DNA of 64,000 bases from Candidatus Jordarchaeum sp. LHC_1308 (GCA_019057675.1 JAHLWX010000001.1:8797-72796); one strand, 5' to 3'. Positions 52,517 to 62,851 are shown, numbered from the stretch's first letter. Notes: generated by a model not told the origin, from the letters alone. Numbers and translations are program-made.

Positions 52517-54814
52517 CTCTTCTTCGCTATACTTGGATTGAATAACCTTTCTTATTCGTTCTGCTTTCTTTTTTCCTATACCTTGAACTTCCATAAGCTC
52601 TTTCTCATTAGCAGTAAATACTCCCTCAACGCTCTTAAACCTCTGAAGGAGCCTTTTAGCTAAGACGTGATCCACGCCCGGTAAGGCTGCTACCAAGTGC
52701 TCTTGCAACTCTCTCATCGTTCCCGGTTTCTTGATTCCAATGCGTATCCCTTTTCTCCCCTCCTCTTTTTCTCTCCGAGCCACAGTCCTAATCACCTCAG
52801 CAGTTTCTCTGGCGTTTCTGGTCCAAAGAATTGGCGTTTTAAAATCCAACGCTATACTTACTAACGCCCCCCTAACGGCTTCAGGCTTCACGTTCCCCTT
52901 CTCATATAACCCTTCTCCCTCTATTATCAGGAGGGGGGCTTCATATGTCCTTGAGAGGTCGGCGAGCTGTTTAAAAACACGCTGGTCTATAATTGACTGC
53001 ACAAAGTCGGAAACAGTCTTACGCTCTATGCCCACTCTCTCCGAAACAACGTAGTCGCCAACATCTAGTTTCGTTAAGACAATTTCAACTTCAAGCCTAG
53101 CCAGTTCCTGAACGACGGGGCCTCCTCCTTCTCTCACATCTACATAAACGGTTAACTTGTCCTCCTCCTTTGTTGGGATGTATTCCTCCAAAGTGGCTTG
53201 TTGATTAACCTCCGCCTTACTTACCAACGTACTCCTCTTCTTTTTCTCCAGTTCTCTTATAACTTCACGCATGTTCCCCTCCTTCCACTTCACTGACCAG
53301 TAATATCTCTCGTCCATGGTTCCCTTGGCGATAAGAAAGATAACTTTTCCTGGCCTGTGTCTACCAGTTCGCCCCTTCCTCTGAATGAACCTTACTGCGC
53401 TAGGAGTAATGTCGTAGAAAACTACTAAATCACACTCGCTGATATCGAGCCCCTCTTCAGCTACGCTGGTGGCAACCAGTACGTTAAACTCTCCCTTTCT
53501 AAATTTTTCAAGAACCTCAGCTTGTTGCCTCTGTGTAAGGCCGGCAGTGTTTCCTCTGTTGCCTTGCCCGACTATTCTATCAGCGTAGATCCCTTCTTCG
53601 CAGAGTTTCTTTAAGATGTCCTCTACTGTGCTTCTAAAATGCGTAAACACTATCACCCGCGACTCAGGCTTACTAGAAAGCTGTTCCTTAATGGCGTTAA
53701 TAAGGACGCTAATCTTAGGATGCACCATTCCCTGAGCGCTCATTGCTGCTACTTCTCTCCTTACAGAGACTATGAGTGGGTCTTCGAGAAGACTGATTAG
53801 CCCCTTTCCTCCCTTAATCTGAGCTTTCTCATCCATTCTTTCAAAGTATTTGTTTAGAGCTCCAACTCCCTGCGTCTCCAAGATTTCGTGAGCGTGAGCG
53901 AGCCTAATGGCGCCCGACACCACCGCTAAACATTCATAGTCCTTCTCGCTTTTTTCCTCCTTTTTCAGAAGTAGTTCTTGTAATTCTAAAAGTTCTCTTC
54001 TAGTCCACTTCTTTTTCCTTGTCTGAACATAACCCGCTTCCTTCAAAACACCCAACAATCCCTCTATGGCGTTTTCAAGCTTTGCCTTTACACGTAGCAT
54101 TTCCAGAGGGAGCTCCACAATAACCCATTCAACCTTAACTTTTTTAACGTAGGGCGCAACATCCGGGCTTCTCTCCGTTCGGGCTTCAACCCACTTTATG
54201 TTTAGAGCCCTACAGACCTCTAGCACTTTTTCCCTTTGAGAGCCAGGTGATGCCGTAAGCCCTAAAATAAGGGGGCTCTTCGCCCGTTTTAAAAACTCTT
54301 CTGCTATGAAGACATATGGGTAATCGCCTACAGCTTTGTGAGCTTCATCAAAAACTAGGAGAACCCAGTCTGAGGCATTCATCCGTCTAGCTATCAAGTC
54401 ATTTCTAACAACCTGAGGAGTGGCTATGATAACTTTCGCCATCTGCCATATGCCTTCTCTTTCTTTTGGCGGCATTTCTCCGGTGCATGTTCTTATTGCG
54501 TCCTCGGGCAACTTTAATATTCTCTTAAACGTTTCTGCATGCTGGAGAACCAAAGGCTTCGTGGGAGCTAAAAGAACAACTTTCCCCCAGTCATGCTTCA
54601 GCAACCTTTCCGCAGCCAAGATAGCCGCGATGACCGTCTTACCCAAACCAGTAGGTAGCACCACAAGTGTGTTACCTTGCAGAGCCTTAGAAACTATGTT
54701 CCTCTGGTACTCTCTAACTTCAATGCTCTCCTCCTTAATAAGAGGATGCGTAAACTGTTCCGATCTGTGCATAGCCCTTTTCATCTCTCCCGTCCCATCC
54801 AAAAACAGAGTCAT
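52508..54814 (-). CDS. hef: Hef (helicase-associated endonuclease for fork-structured DNA; FANCM/XPF family)
   Basis: SF2 helicase motifs 'VVLPTGLGKT', 'VFDEAH' and 'TASPG'. C-terminal ERCC4 nuclease 'VYVDVRE...DVGDYVVSERVGIERKTVSDF' and an HhH2 tail 'LPGVDHVLAKRLL...VQGIGKKKAERI'. Confidence 0.9.
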   Translation of the reverse strand: MTLFLDGTGEMKRAMHRSEQFTHPLIKEESIEVREYQRNIVSKALQGNTLVVLPTGLGKTVIAAILAAERLLKHDWGKVVLLAPTKPLVLQHAETFKRILKLPEDAIRTCTGEMPPKEREGIWQMAKVIIATPQVVRNDLIARRMNASDWVLLVFDEAHKAVGDYPYVFIAEEFLKRAKSPLILGLTASPGSQREKVLEVCRALNIKWVEARTERSPDVAPYVKKVKVEWVIVELPLEMLRVKAKLENAIEGLLGVLKEAGYVQTRKKKWTRRELLELQELLLKKEEKSEKDYECLAVVSGAIRLAHAHEILETQGVGALNKYFERMDEKAQIKGGKGLISLLEDPLIVSVRREVAAMSAQGMVHPKISVLINAIKEQLSSKPESRVIVFTHFRSTVEDILKKLCEEGIYADRIVGQGNRGNTAGLTQRQQAEVLEKFRKGEFNVLVATSVAEEGLDISECDLVVFYDITPSAVRFIQRKGRTGRHRPGKVIFLIAKGTMDERYYWSVKWKEGNMREVIRELEKKKRSTLVSKAEVNQQATLEEYIPTKEEDKLTVYVDVREGGGPVVQELARLEVEIVLTKLDVGDYVVSERVGIERKTVSDFVQSIIDQRVFKQLADLSRTYEAPLLIIEGEGLYEKGNVKPEAVRGALVSIALDFKTPILWTRNARETAEVIRTVARREKEEGRKGIRIGIKKPGTMRELQEHLVAALPGVDHVLAKRLLQRFKSVEGVFTANEKELMEVQGIGKKKAERIRKVIQSKYSEEELG

Positions 54815-54917
54815 CCTTTAGTTTCTAAAAACACTTTGATGCTCTCCAGGTAATATCTAATTATAAAATCATCCTCCCCCTTAAAATTCATGACTCTTGG
54901 TCATTAACATTCTATAG

Positions 54918-55283
54918 GTGAAAATCATGGAATTAACTGTTATGGGTCAAGGTCGTGAAACTCTTTCAGGCGTCGATTGTGAATTATATGAACTCACGGT
55001 TCCAGGCAACCTCATAGGGAAACTAGTTATTGATGGAGGAGCGAGAATAGTGGGAATAGTACGAAGCGTCAAACTCACTTTGCCCCCGGCAAAAATTGAA
55101 ATAGTGGTTAAGGGATTAGAGGTCGAGTTCTCAGTGGACGTTTCAAATGTTAGCGCTGTTGGCAGCGTTGTTCAACTAAAAAACGTTGCCAAAGAAGCTG
55201 AGCCACTAGAATTAAGAGATGCTCAAAGACTGAGGAAAGAACTCATAGAGGAAATCAGAACAATGACCTCAAACATTTCTTAA
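54918..55283 (+). CDS. hypothetical protein
   Basis: 121-aa beta-rich ORF. No family recognised. Confidence 0.4.
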   Translation: MKIMELTVMGQGRETLSGVDCELYELTVPGNLIGKLVIDGGARIVGIVRSVKLTLPPAKIEIVVKGLEVEFSVDVSNVSAVGSVVQLKNVAKEAEPLELRDAQRLRKELIEEIRTMTSNIS

Positions 55284-55297
55284 GTGAAAGAACATTT

Positions 55298-57205
55298 TTA
55301 ATCAGACAGCCCCTTGTTAGCATAAATCGCAGTGCACTTAACCTCCATACATTTAGAACAGTGGATGCATCTATCCTCAAGCACCCACGCCATCCCCCAA
55401 TTTATCAGAACGGCCTGCTTTTTACAGGCAGAAACACACTCACCGCAACCTACGCACCTTAACGCCTTAACCATAACGTTAACAACACGGCGCTTAATTT
55501 CGTCCTCCCCTTCTAAACTACTAGAAACAACAAATTTTCCATCCTCAAAAATCTTCACTTCTCCCTGCACACAGGTAATGATGACCGCATCAGTAACCAT
55601 GCTGACTCCCCCCATAACGTTGGCAATGTTTTTGACTCGGGAAAGCTCCACCGGGGCGTTGAAACGTCCAGAAAGCATAATTTTTCCGTTTTTCTCCTCC
55701 CTTCGTTCGATGTGGTACGTGATTTTTCTCCCTCCAGCTGGTCTCTCAACAGGCATTCTCACCCCTAACTGTCTAGCTAGTTCCAAATGTCCCTTTGGTA
55801 ACCTCTTCCACCTCCAAAATCCATATCGAATCCATTCTTCAGGATATCCGTATCTTTCCCTCCATTTTTCAAGTCTGCTCATCAACATTTTGTAGAGCTC
55901 TTCATGCGTCTCCTTAAGCATTTCTATTTCGGAAAGCTTGCTTGCCGGGCAAGGCCAACAACCTATCCTACTAAGTCCTTTCTCGTAAAGTGGATTATAC
56001 TCGACGCCTTCTTTGAATATGTAAAGCCAAACGTGAAGCGCGGTCCAATTCTTAATAGGGTATGCCGCTATCTGCCCTAGAACCCAAGGGTTAACGCTAA
56101 TCTTCGGCTCCCTAAATCTAGCTTCAGACTCATAACTTCTCTGTCCAACGAATGTCAGGCACCCATTCGGGAAGTTTTCCTTAATAAGCTTCGTTAATGG
56201 GCCTAACTTACACCCCTTGCAGCATATCCTGTAATCTCTTCCTGGAGGGCCAAATTCCTCGACAAGCTTCCAGAAAACATTGCTGTCAACTTTTTCCTCC
56301 AACAAGTCAAGTCCTAGCTGTTTAACTAGCCTCTTAGTGTAAGCTACAGTTTCAGGGAATTCCACTCCAGTATCAGCGAATAGAACCCTAAAGTTCCTCC
56401 CTAGCGCTTTTAGTACGAGTAGAAGTGTGACCAATGAATCTTTTCCACCAGAAAATGCCACGGTCACGGGTCTACCATGGTTTTTAGCTACGTTTCTGAT
56501 GAAACTTAGAGCCTTCTCCTCGAACATGTTTAGGATTTCTTCGTTGGCTTTTACAGCGTCGTTCCACGTCCCTCTATTCACTTCTTTCCTCCTCGGCAGA
56601 ACCCCCTTTTCCCTTATCTTTACAGCAATGCCTTTCTCACGCGACAGCATCTCACTCCCTGATTTCTTTGCCACCCCAACAGCAAAGACCTCCTCATTAG
56701 AATTAACAACAATCACCTGATCCCCAATGCTAATTTCACGGTCACAATCTAAGACGCCAGGACCGAGAAGATTGGCGCTCCCCTGCAGTATGCTTTCAGC
56801 AGCTCCTCTATCTGCGCAAACCCACTTGCCTCCTCCCTGTTGCCATATTGCGCGCCCCCCAGCCAGCTTTGGTAAAAACTCCCAACTCAATTTAAAGATG
56901 TTAAATCTAAGGTTTCCTATGATTTCCCCGTCCACGACCACCTCGTCCATGTGATCCAAGTAAGGCACCTTATTTAACACCACACAGCCATCATAATGCA
57001 AGTCAACCTCAAACTGGCATCTTACAGTCTTTTGCAAGATCTCTATTTCTCTTCTAAAAGCTGGTCTAATGTCGCCTGGCGGCGAAATTCCGACATTAAC
57101 ACCCTTCTCTCCACATAACGAACACTTCTCATCTAAAAGCGGAACACCACAATTCATGCACCAGAATAGTTTAACGGCTCCTAAATAAACACCCACATCA
57201 CTCAC
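55298..57205 (-). CDS. multidomain PP-loop (PAPS reductase-like) protein: Zn ribbon + PUA-like + 'SGGKDS' ATP-pyrophosphatase + 2x[4Fe-4S] ferredoxin
   Basis: 'CMNCGVPLLDEKCSLCG', PUA-like 'GPGVLDCDREISIGDQVIVVNSNEEVFAVGVAKKSGSEM', 'VTVAFSGGKDSLVTL', and C-terminal 'CVGCGECVSAC...CIHCSKCMEVKC'. Confidence 0.7.
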   Translation of the reverse strand: MSDVGVYLGAVKLFWCMNCGVPLLDEKCSLCGEKGVNVGISPPGDIRPAFRREIEILQKTVRCQFEVDLHYDGCVVLNKVPYLDHMDEVVVDGEIIGNLRFNIFKLSWEFLPKLAGGRAIWQQGGGKWVCADRGAAESILQGSANLLGPGVLDCDREISIGDQVIVVNSNEEVFAVGVAKKSGSEMLSREKGIAVKIREKGVLPRRKEVNRGTWNDAVKANEEILNMFEEKALSFIRNVAKNHGRPVTVAFSGGKDSLVTLLLVLKALGRNFRVLFADTGVEFPETVAYTKRLVKQLGLDLLEEKVDSNVFWKLVEEFGPPGRDYRICCKGCKLGPLTKLIKENFPNGCLTFVGQRSYESEARFREPKISVNPWVLGQIAAYPIKNWTALHVWLYIFKEGVEYNPLYEKGLSRIGCWPCPASKLSEIEMLKETHEELYKMLMSRLEKWRERYGYPEEWIRYGFWRWKRLPKGHLELARQLGVRMPVERPAGGRKITYHIERREEKNGKIMLSGRFNAPVELSRVKNIANVMGGVSMVTDAVIITCVQGEVKIFEDGKFVVSSSLEGEDEIKRRVVNVMVKALRCVGCGECVSACKKQAVLINWGMAWVLEDRCIHCSKCMEVKCTAIYANKGLSD

Positions 57206-57285
57206 CTACAAATTCCAGAAATCTCATAAGTAAAAGAGCAAAATTCAACGGGTTTGCATTAAAAAAGAGGAAAGCTTTGTAAATT

Positions 57286-57699
57286 CTATTTCTCGAGCTC
57301 TCTCTCCACAATTTCGGCGTAGCTATCCGCACTTAACAGATTCTCCTTTTCCTCTTCAAGGTTTGCCGCCTCTATCACGATTATCCAGCCCTCGCCGTAT
57401 GGGTCGCTGTTGATGAGCTCTGGAGAATCTTCTAATGCCTCGTTAACCTCCAAGATCCTTCCGCTTATGGGCGCATAAAGTTCTGAAACAGCCTTAACAG
57501 ACTCAATCGTCCCGAACTCTTCTCCCTGGCTTACCTCGTCGCCGACTTCAGGTAGCTCAACGTAAACTATCTCCTTCAATTGCTTCTGGGCGAAATCAGT
57601 GATGCCTACGCGCACCTTCCCGTTCTCTATTCTAGCCCATTGATGTGTCTCATTGTATAGCAAGTCATCGGGTATCTGTACATCATCAACTTTAACCAT
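57286..57699 (-). CDS. gcvH: glycine cleavage system H protein (lipoyl carrier)
   Basis: 'THQWARIENGKVRVGITDFAQ' and the lipoyl-lysine motif 'IESVKAVSELYAPISG'. Confidence 0.9.
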   Translation of the reverse strand: MVKVDDVQIPDDLLYNETHQWARIENGKVRVGITDFAQKQLKEIVYVELPEVGDEVSQGEEFGTIESVKAVSELYAPISGRILEVNEALEDSPELINSDPYGEGWIIVIEAANLEEEKENLLSADSYAEIVERELEK

Positions 57700-58177
57700 A
57701 CTTTCCTCTCCTAAACCGATTTTCAGTTTAGCTTCTCAAAATGTTTACCTCATAAAGCTTTCGTTTATCTTCCTACAAATAATTTAAGCGTTCTTTTACA
57801 CGTTTCCTAACAGCGCCTAGATTGTTTTCATGTCTCTCAGAAAGAATTTTCATCGAAAAGGAAGCCCAGTATTTTTCAGCTCCAGAGACTTCTATGTTCT
57901 CCAAGTGATTTCATTTGTTCCTACAACACACACTCAAAGTACAAGTAAAAAATAAAATAGCAAAACTCTAAAATTTACTTTTTGATTTTAATGTGACTCC
58001 CTCTAAAATATTAAGGCGTCAACCGGATAAAGCTCTTTTAACCTTTTCGTTTATCGTTTCCCCAGCTTAGCGACCAAAGCACAGTACATGGTACACATTT
58101 CCAGAAAAAATTTTTACGGGGGTGGAAGCATTTTTTATATTTTTCTTTATTAAATTGTTTGTTGGAGGGCTTTATCC

Positions 58178-58672
58178 TTGCCGTACCTTTTCAAGCTTGT
58201 TGGCGTATCTGGAACCTTTGATAGGCTTCACAGAGGACATAGGTTTTTGTTGAGCAAGGCTTTAGAAGTGGGGGAGCGGATAATGGTTGGTTTAACCTCT
58301 GATGAAATGTGCTCCGGAAAGCAGCTATCGAATAAAATTGAGCCATTCGAAGTTAGACGCGCAAACTTGGAACGCTTTTTCAAAGAGATGGATGCCGCCT
58401 CAAGAGTTGAGATCATCACCCTTAATGATCCTTATGGGCCAGCAATAGAAGACTCAGGACTTGAGGCCATAGTTGCAGGTGAAGATGTGGCTTGGCGTAT
58501 AGAAGAGATTAACAAGATCAGGGAGAAGAAGGGTTTGCAGCCCTTAAGGCTCATAGTCGTTGAATTGGTAAAAGCTAGTGACGGTAAACGGATAAGTAGT
58601 ACTCGAATAAGAAAAGGCGAAATAGATGAGGAAGGTTGTCTCAAGACGCTAACGTCTTTCTCTGATCAATGA
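58178..58672 (+). CDS. coaD: archaeal phosphopantetheine adenylyltransferase
   Basis: 'GVSGTFDRLHRGHRFLL' nucleotidyltransferase motif and C-terminal 'ISSTRIRKGEID'. Confidence 0.8.
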   Translation: MPYLFKLVGVSGTFDRLHRGHRFLLSKALEVGERIMVGLTSDEMCSGKQLSNKIEPFEVRRANLERFFKEMDAASRVEIITLNDPYGPAIEDSGLEAIVAGEDVAWRIEEINKIREKKGLQPLRLIVVELVKASDGKRISSTRIRKGEIDEEGCLKTLTSFSDQ

Positions 58673-58749
58673 GTCTCCATAACTTTTTTAATGCATCTTG
58701 GTTTTCTAATCCCATTGAAAGTTATGGTATGATTTAAGGAGGGTTTCAA

Positions 58750-60279
58750 TTGTCTCTTTCCTTTGAGGGTCTTCGTGAAACTGAGGTTAAGATTCTCCGT
58801 TTTTTAGCCGAGCGTGGTGAGAAATCACGAGTGAATGATATTCTGGAGGGCACAAAAATTGAATATGCTACACTTGCGAAATCCATAGCTTGGCTTGAAG
58901 ATAAAGGCCTCGTATCCGTTGAACGAATAGAGTTAAAATTCTTGTTCCTTACCGATGAAGGTAAACGTTACGCTTCTTCAGGTCTTCCAGAAAGAACACT
59001 TTTACGCTTTCTTGTTGAGAGAGGCGGGAAAGCCACTTTAAACGATGTTTTGAAAGCAGGTATCCTTCCTCAAAACATAGTCAACGTCGCCATCGGGTGG
59101 GCGCGACGTAAGGGCTGGGTTGAAGTTTTAAAATCTAATGGCGAAACAACAATCACGGTTCTAGATTATTCTCCTCCAATGGGCCCTGACGAGCTTCTCT
59201 TAGAGCTCCTTTCAAAAAGAGAACACGTAAAGCAATCGGAGTTGCCTGAAGAGCTCGCCTCCACAATCGACCTCCTATATAAACGTAACTTGTTGGAGAA
59301 ACGCAGCGAAACAGATGTTTTTGTGTGGATAACAAGCAACGGTATTACGCTCTTAGAGAGCGGAGTTGAGACTGACGAGGGGATAAGTCTACTGACCCCA
59401 GATCTCATAAGAACGCAAGCTTGGAAAAAAGTTAAGCTGAGAAAGTTCAACGTTGAGGCGCCTACAAAACCCGTCTACCCAGGGAAGCTACATCCCGTAA
59501 TTCAGCTTATTAACGAGATAAGAGATATATTTCTGAATATGGGTTTTGAGGAGATTAGAGGCCCCCTCGTGGAATCCGCTTTCTGGAATTTCGACGCACT
59601 CTTTACACCGCAAGATCATCCGGCACGCGATATGCACGACACCTTTTACCTTAAAAAACCATCTACAGTTAAGTTACCAAGGGAAGACTTAGTTTACAGG
59701 GTGGCGAAAACACATGAAAACGGATGGGAAACTGGGTCAAAGGGGTGGGGATACTACTGGAAAACGGAGCTTGCCCAGCAAGCAATCCTAAGAACGCACA
59801 CTACAGCCACTACAATAAGATATCTTGCAGAGCACAAAGCGCCTCCCGTAAAAGTCTTCTCTGTGGATAGAGTTTACAGAAACGAGAAGGTGGACTATAA
59901 GCACCTCGCAGAGTTTCATCAGATAGAGGGTATAATTGTCGACGAAAATGCGACATTAAGGAACTTGATGGGCGTGCTAAAGGAGTTTTACTGGAAGCTT
60001 GGGTTTAAAAAAGTTCAGTTTTGGCCCAGCTTCTTCCCGTATACTGAACCTTCTATTCAATCAACAGTTTATGTTGAAGAATACAGAGCTTGGGTAGAAC
60101 TCTGTGGCGCAGGAATATTCAGGCCTGAGGTCACCATTCCTATTGGAGTTAAGGTTCCTGTTTTGGCTTGGGGAGGCGGATTTGAGAGGATTGCTATGCT
60201 TCGACTTGGACTAGATGATATAAGAGACCTTTATAGGAACTCCTTAGGATGGCTAAGGCAAACTCCAGCCATACTTTAG
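58750..60279 (+). CDS. pheS: phenylalanine--tRNA ligase alpha subunit
   Basis: N-terminal wHTH repeats. Class II core 'FDALFTPQDHPARDMHDTFY', 'LRTHTT', 'RVYRNE' and 'GGGFERIAMLRLG'. Confidence 0.93.
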   Translation: MSLSFEGLRETEVKILRFLAERGEKSRVNDILEGTKIEYATLAKSIAWLEDKGLVSVERIELKFLFLTDEGKRYASSGLPERTLLRFLVERGGKATLNDVLKAGILPQNIVNVAIGWARRKGWVEVLKSNGETTITVLDYSPPMGPDELLLELLSKREHVKQSELPEELASTIDLLYKRNLLEKRSETDVFVWITSNGITLLESGVETDEGISLLTPDLIRTQAWKKVKLRKFNVEAPTKPVYPGKLHPVIQLINEIRDIFLNMGFEEIRGPLVESAFWNFDALFTPQDHPARDMHDTFYLKKPSTVKLPREDLVYRVAKTHENGWETGSKGWGYYWKTELAQQAILRTHTTATTIRYLAEHKAPPVKVFSVDRVYRNEKVDYKHLAEFHQIEGIIVDENATLRNLMGVLKEFYWKLGFKKVQFWPSFFPYTEPSIQSTVYVEEYRAWVELCGAGIFRPEVTIPIGVKVPVLAWGGGFERIAMLRLGLDDIRDLYRNSLGWLRQTPAIL

Positions 60280-60292
60280 AGGAGGTGAAGAA

Positions 60293-61951
60293 ATGCCTAC
60301 TATCGTACTTAAAGTGAAGAGGATGAGTGAACTTCTCGGACGCGAAATCACGGTGGAAGAACTTGAACGTGTTGTTCCTTGGCTTGGTGTAGACATAGAA
60401 AACGTTGGCATTGATTACGTTAAAATAGAGTATAACCCGAACAGGCCGGATTTCTCAAGCCAAGAAGGAGTCGCCCGGGCTCTGAAAGGATTCATGGAAA
60501 TAGAAACCGGGCTCCCAAAGTACAACGTTGAATCAGGATCCGTGGTTTTAAAGGTGGATCCCTCTGTTCGTTCTGTGCGACCGTGGATCGTCTGCGGCGT
60601 GGTTCGAGGAATTAAGCTAGACGAGGAACGCATTGTGGAAATCATAGAAATGGAGGAAGCGCTTGACTGGGCGATAGGCAGAAACAGGGCGATATCCTCT
60701 ATAGGGCTTCACAATCTTGATGCTGTTAAGCCTCCCTTCAAATACCATGCGGTGCTTCCTGACGAAATCCGCTTCGTCCCCTTGGACATGAACATTGAGA
60801 TGACACTTAGAGAAATTCTGAATGTTCACCCTAAAGGAGTGGCCTACAGGCATATATTGGAGGGATCTGAGCGCTATCCCATAATAACTGACCAAGATGG
60901 CAATGTCCTGTCGTTTCCTCCAATTATAAATGGGATCCTAACGCGTATTACTGAGGATACGAGGAATATCTTCATAGACTTAACTGGCACCCGTTTGGAG
61001 GCCGTTTCTGCTGCATTGAACATCCTTGTAACAGCATTTGCGGAGATGGGAGGACGCTTAGAGTCTGTGACTGTGGAGTATCCTGATAGAACACTGAGTG
61101 TTCCCGACTTATCTCCTTCAAGATGGACGTTAAGCGTTAAGAATACAAACAAACTTTTAGGTTTAAAGTTAAGGCCCAAGCAGGTTGCTAAGTGCCTAGA
61201 GAAAATGCGGCTTGGCGTTGAGTACATCGGAGAAGAGCTCTCAGTGCTAGTTCCCGCTTATCGATATGACATAATGCATGAAATCGACCTAATAGAAGAA
61301 GTAGCTATAGGATATGGTTACTTTAACTTGGAGCCAACGCTTCCAAGTATCGTCACCATGGCTTTAGAAAACCCGGTTCAAAGAATTTCAAACAAAGTGC
61401 GAATGATAATGATTGGATTCGGCTTCACAGAAGTTGTCAATTCAACCCTTGCAAATTATAAAGAACACTTTGAGTACATGATGGTCGAAGGCGACCCTGT
61501 TAGAATACTTAATCCCGTTAGCGCAGAGTACAATATACTTCGTTCTTCGCTCATTCCTTGCCTCCTTAAAGTTTTAAGCAGTAATAAGCATGAATCTTTC
61601 CCACAGATGATTTTTGAAGTAGGCGACGTTGTCGTACTCGATGAGGAAGCAGAAACAGGAGCTAGACGCATACTACACCTCGCCGGAGCGATAACGCACA
61701 GCGAAGCGAACTTTACGGAAATTAAGTCAGTTGCTGAAGGAGTGGTTAGAGAAATAGGCGCTAAGAACTATGTTTTCAGGGCTACAAGTCATCCCAGCTT
61801 CATTCATGGGAGATGCGCTGAAGTGAGGATAAATGAAAATCTCATAGGAATCGTCGGAGAAATACACCCAAAAGTGTTAAATAACTTTGAACTGGAATAT
61901 CCTGTTTGTGTTTTCGAATATGATTTACAGTCTCTTTTAGAGAGTGATTAA
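60293..61951 (+). CDS. pheT: phenylalanine--tRNA ligase beta subunit
   Basis: Archaeal/eukaryal-type beta subunit: 'YNPNRPDFSSQEGVARAL', 'YRYDIMHEIDLIEEVAIGYGY' and 'GEIHPKVLNNFEL'. Confidence 0.92.
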   Translation: MPTIVLKVKRMSELLGREITVEELERVVPWLGVDIENVGIDYVKIEYNPNRPDFSSQEGVARALKGFMEIETGLPKYNVESGSVVLKVDPSVRSVRPWIVCGVVRGIKLDEERIVEIIEMEEALDWAIGRNRAISSIGLHNLDAVKPPFKYHAVLPDEIRFVPLDMNIEMTLREILNVHPKGVAYRHILEGSERYPIITDQDGNVLSFPPIINGILTRITEDTRNIFIDLTGTRLEAVSAALNILVTAFAEMGGRLESVTVEYPDRTLSVPDLSPSRWTLSVKNTNKLLGLKLRPKQVAKCLEKMRLGVEYIGEELSVLVPAYRYDIMHEIDLIEEVAIGYGYFNLEPTLPSIVTMALENPVQRISNKVRMIMIGFGFTEVVNSTLANYKEHFEYMMVEGDPVRILNPVSAEYNILRSSLIPCLLKVLSSNKHESFPQMIFEVGDVVVLDEEAETGARRILHLAGAITHSEANFTEIKSVAEGVVREIGAKNYVFRATSHPSFIHGRCAEVRINENLIGIVGEIHPKVLNNFELEYPVCVFEYDLQSLLESD

Positions 61952-61953
61952 TA

Positions 61954-62502
61954 ATGGTTGCTAAGAAAGCTGTTCTGGTCATTGACATGTTAAAAGACTT
62001 TATAGAGAAAGGAGCGATTCTAGAGGTTCCGAAGGGACGAGAAATCATTCCAAACATAAAGCGTCTAACAGATGAGGCAAGAAGTAAAGGTGTCTTGGTC
62101 ATATACGTATGTGATAGTCACGACCCGAATGACCCCGAGTTTTCAAGATGGCCTCCCCATGCCGTAGAAGGAACTAGCGGAGCAGAGGTTGTAGACCAAA
62201 TTAAACCACAAAAAGGCGACGTCGTAGTTAAAAAACTCAAGTACGACGGTTTCCTCGGAACCACTTTAGACCTAGTCTTAAGAAGTAGAAAAATAGATAC
62301 TGTGATCATAACAGGCGTCTTAACGAATATTTGCGTGTTATATACGGCGTCAACAGCATCAATGCTAGGCTATAATGTAGCCATTCCACAAGACTGCGTT
62401 GCATCTGTCAGCGACAAAGAGCATAAATGGGCTCTTCACCACATGAAGGACACACTCGGAATAGAGATCATAGACCTCAAGGAAGCTCTCAGCCTCCTCT
62501 AA
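61954..62502 (+). CDS. isochorismatase-family cysteine hydrolase (nicotinamidase-like)
   Basis: 'AVLVIDMLKDF', 'VVKKLKYDGF' and 'IITGVLTNICVLYTA', giving an Asp-Lys-Cys triad arrangement. Confidence 0.8.
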   Translation: MVAKKAVLVIDMLKDFIEKGAILEVPKGREIIPNIKRLTDEARSKGVLVIYVCDSHDPNDPEFSRWPPHAVEGTSGAEVVDQIKPQKGDVVVKKLKYDGFLGTTLDLVLRSRKIDTVIITGVLTNICVLYTASTASMLGYNVAIPQDCVASVSDKEHKWALHHMKDTLGIEIIDLKEALSLL

Positions 62503-62677
62503 GAACGACGAAAGCGCAAAGAAAATTTTTGCCTTCTTTCTTCGTATAAGTTCCCTCTTAAAGGTCTTATCTGATATACAATTTACAATTTTTGTGAAAA
62601 ATACCGTAAAATATATCGAAATATTACTTGTTTTCTTTAAAGCGAAAAATTTTTATTAAGAACTTCTCCTATAGAAA

Positions 62678-62803
62678 GTGGGTGGGCGGAATAGTGGCAC
62701 AAGGACCCCAAAACTATTTCTGTCTCGTGTGGTTTTATCCCCCCTCCCCCTCACTGCAGAAATAGAAGAAATGGGGTTGTGAACCCACTGCCCACCCGAA
62801 ACA
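62678..62803 (+). ncRNA. structured small RNA candidate (extended hairpin ending in ACA; H/ACA-like)
   Basis: Closing stem GGGTGGGC (62680-87) / GCCCACCC (62790-97). Internal loop GGAATAGTGG / AACCCACT. Stem CACAA(GGA)CCCC / GGGGTTGTG. Apical 9-bp stem CTATTTCTG / CAGAAATAG. GAA-ACA-TTTT follows directly. TTTTTATTAAG lies about 25 nt upstream. Confidence 0.45.
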
Positions 62804-62851
62804 TTTTACAAGAACTTTTCCTTCTACTTCTCTATAGATAGCTTAATCGAG

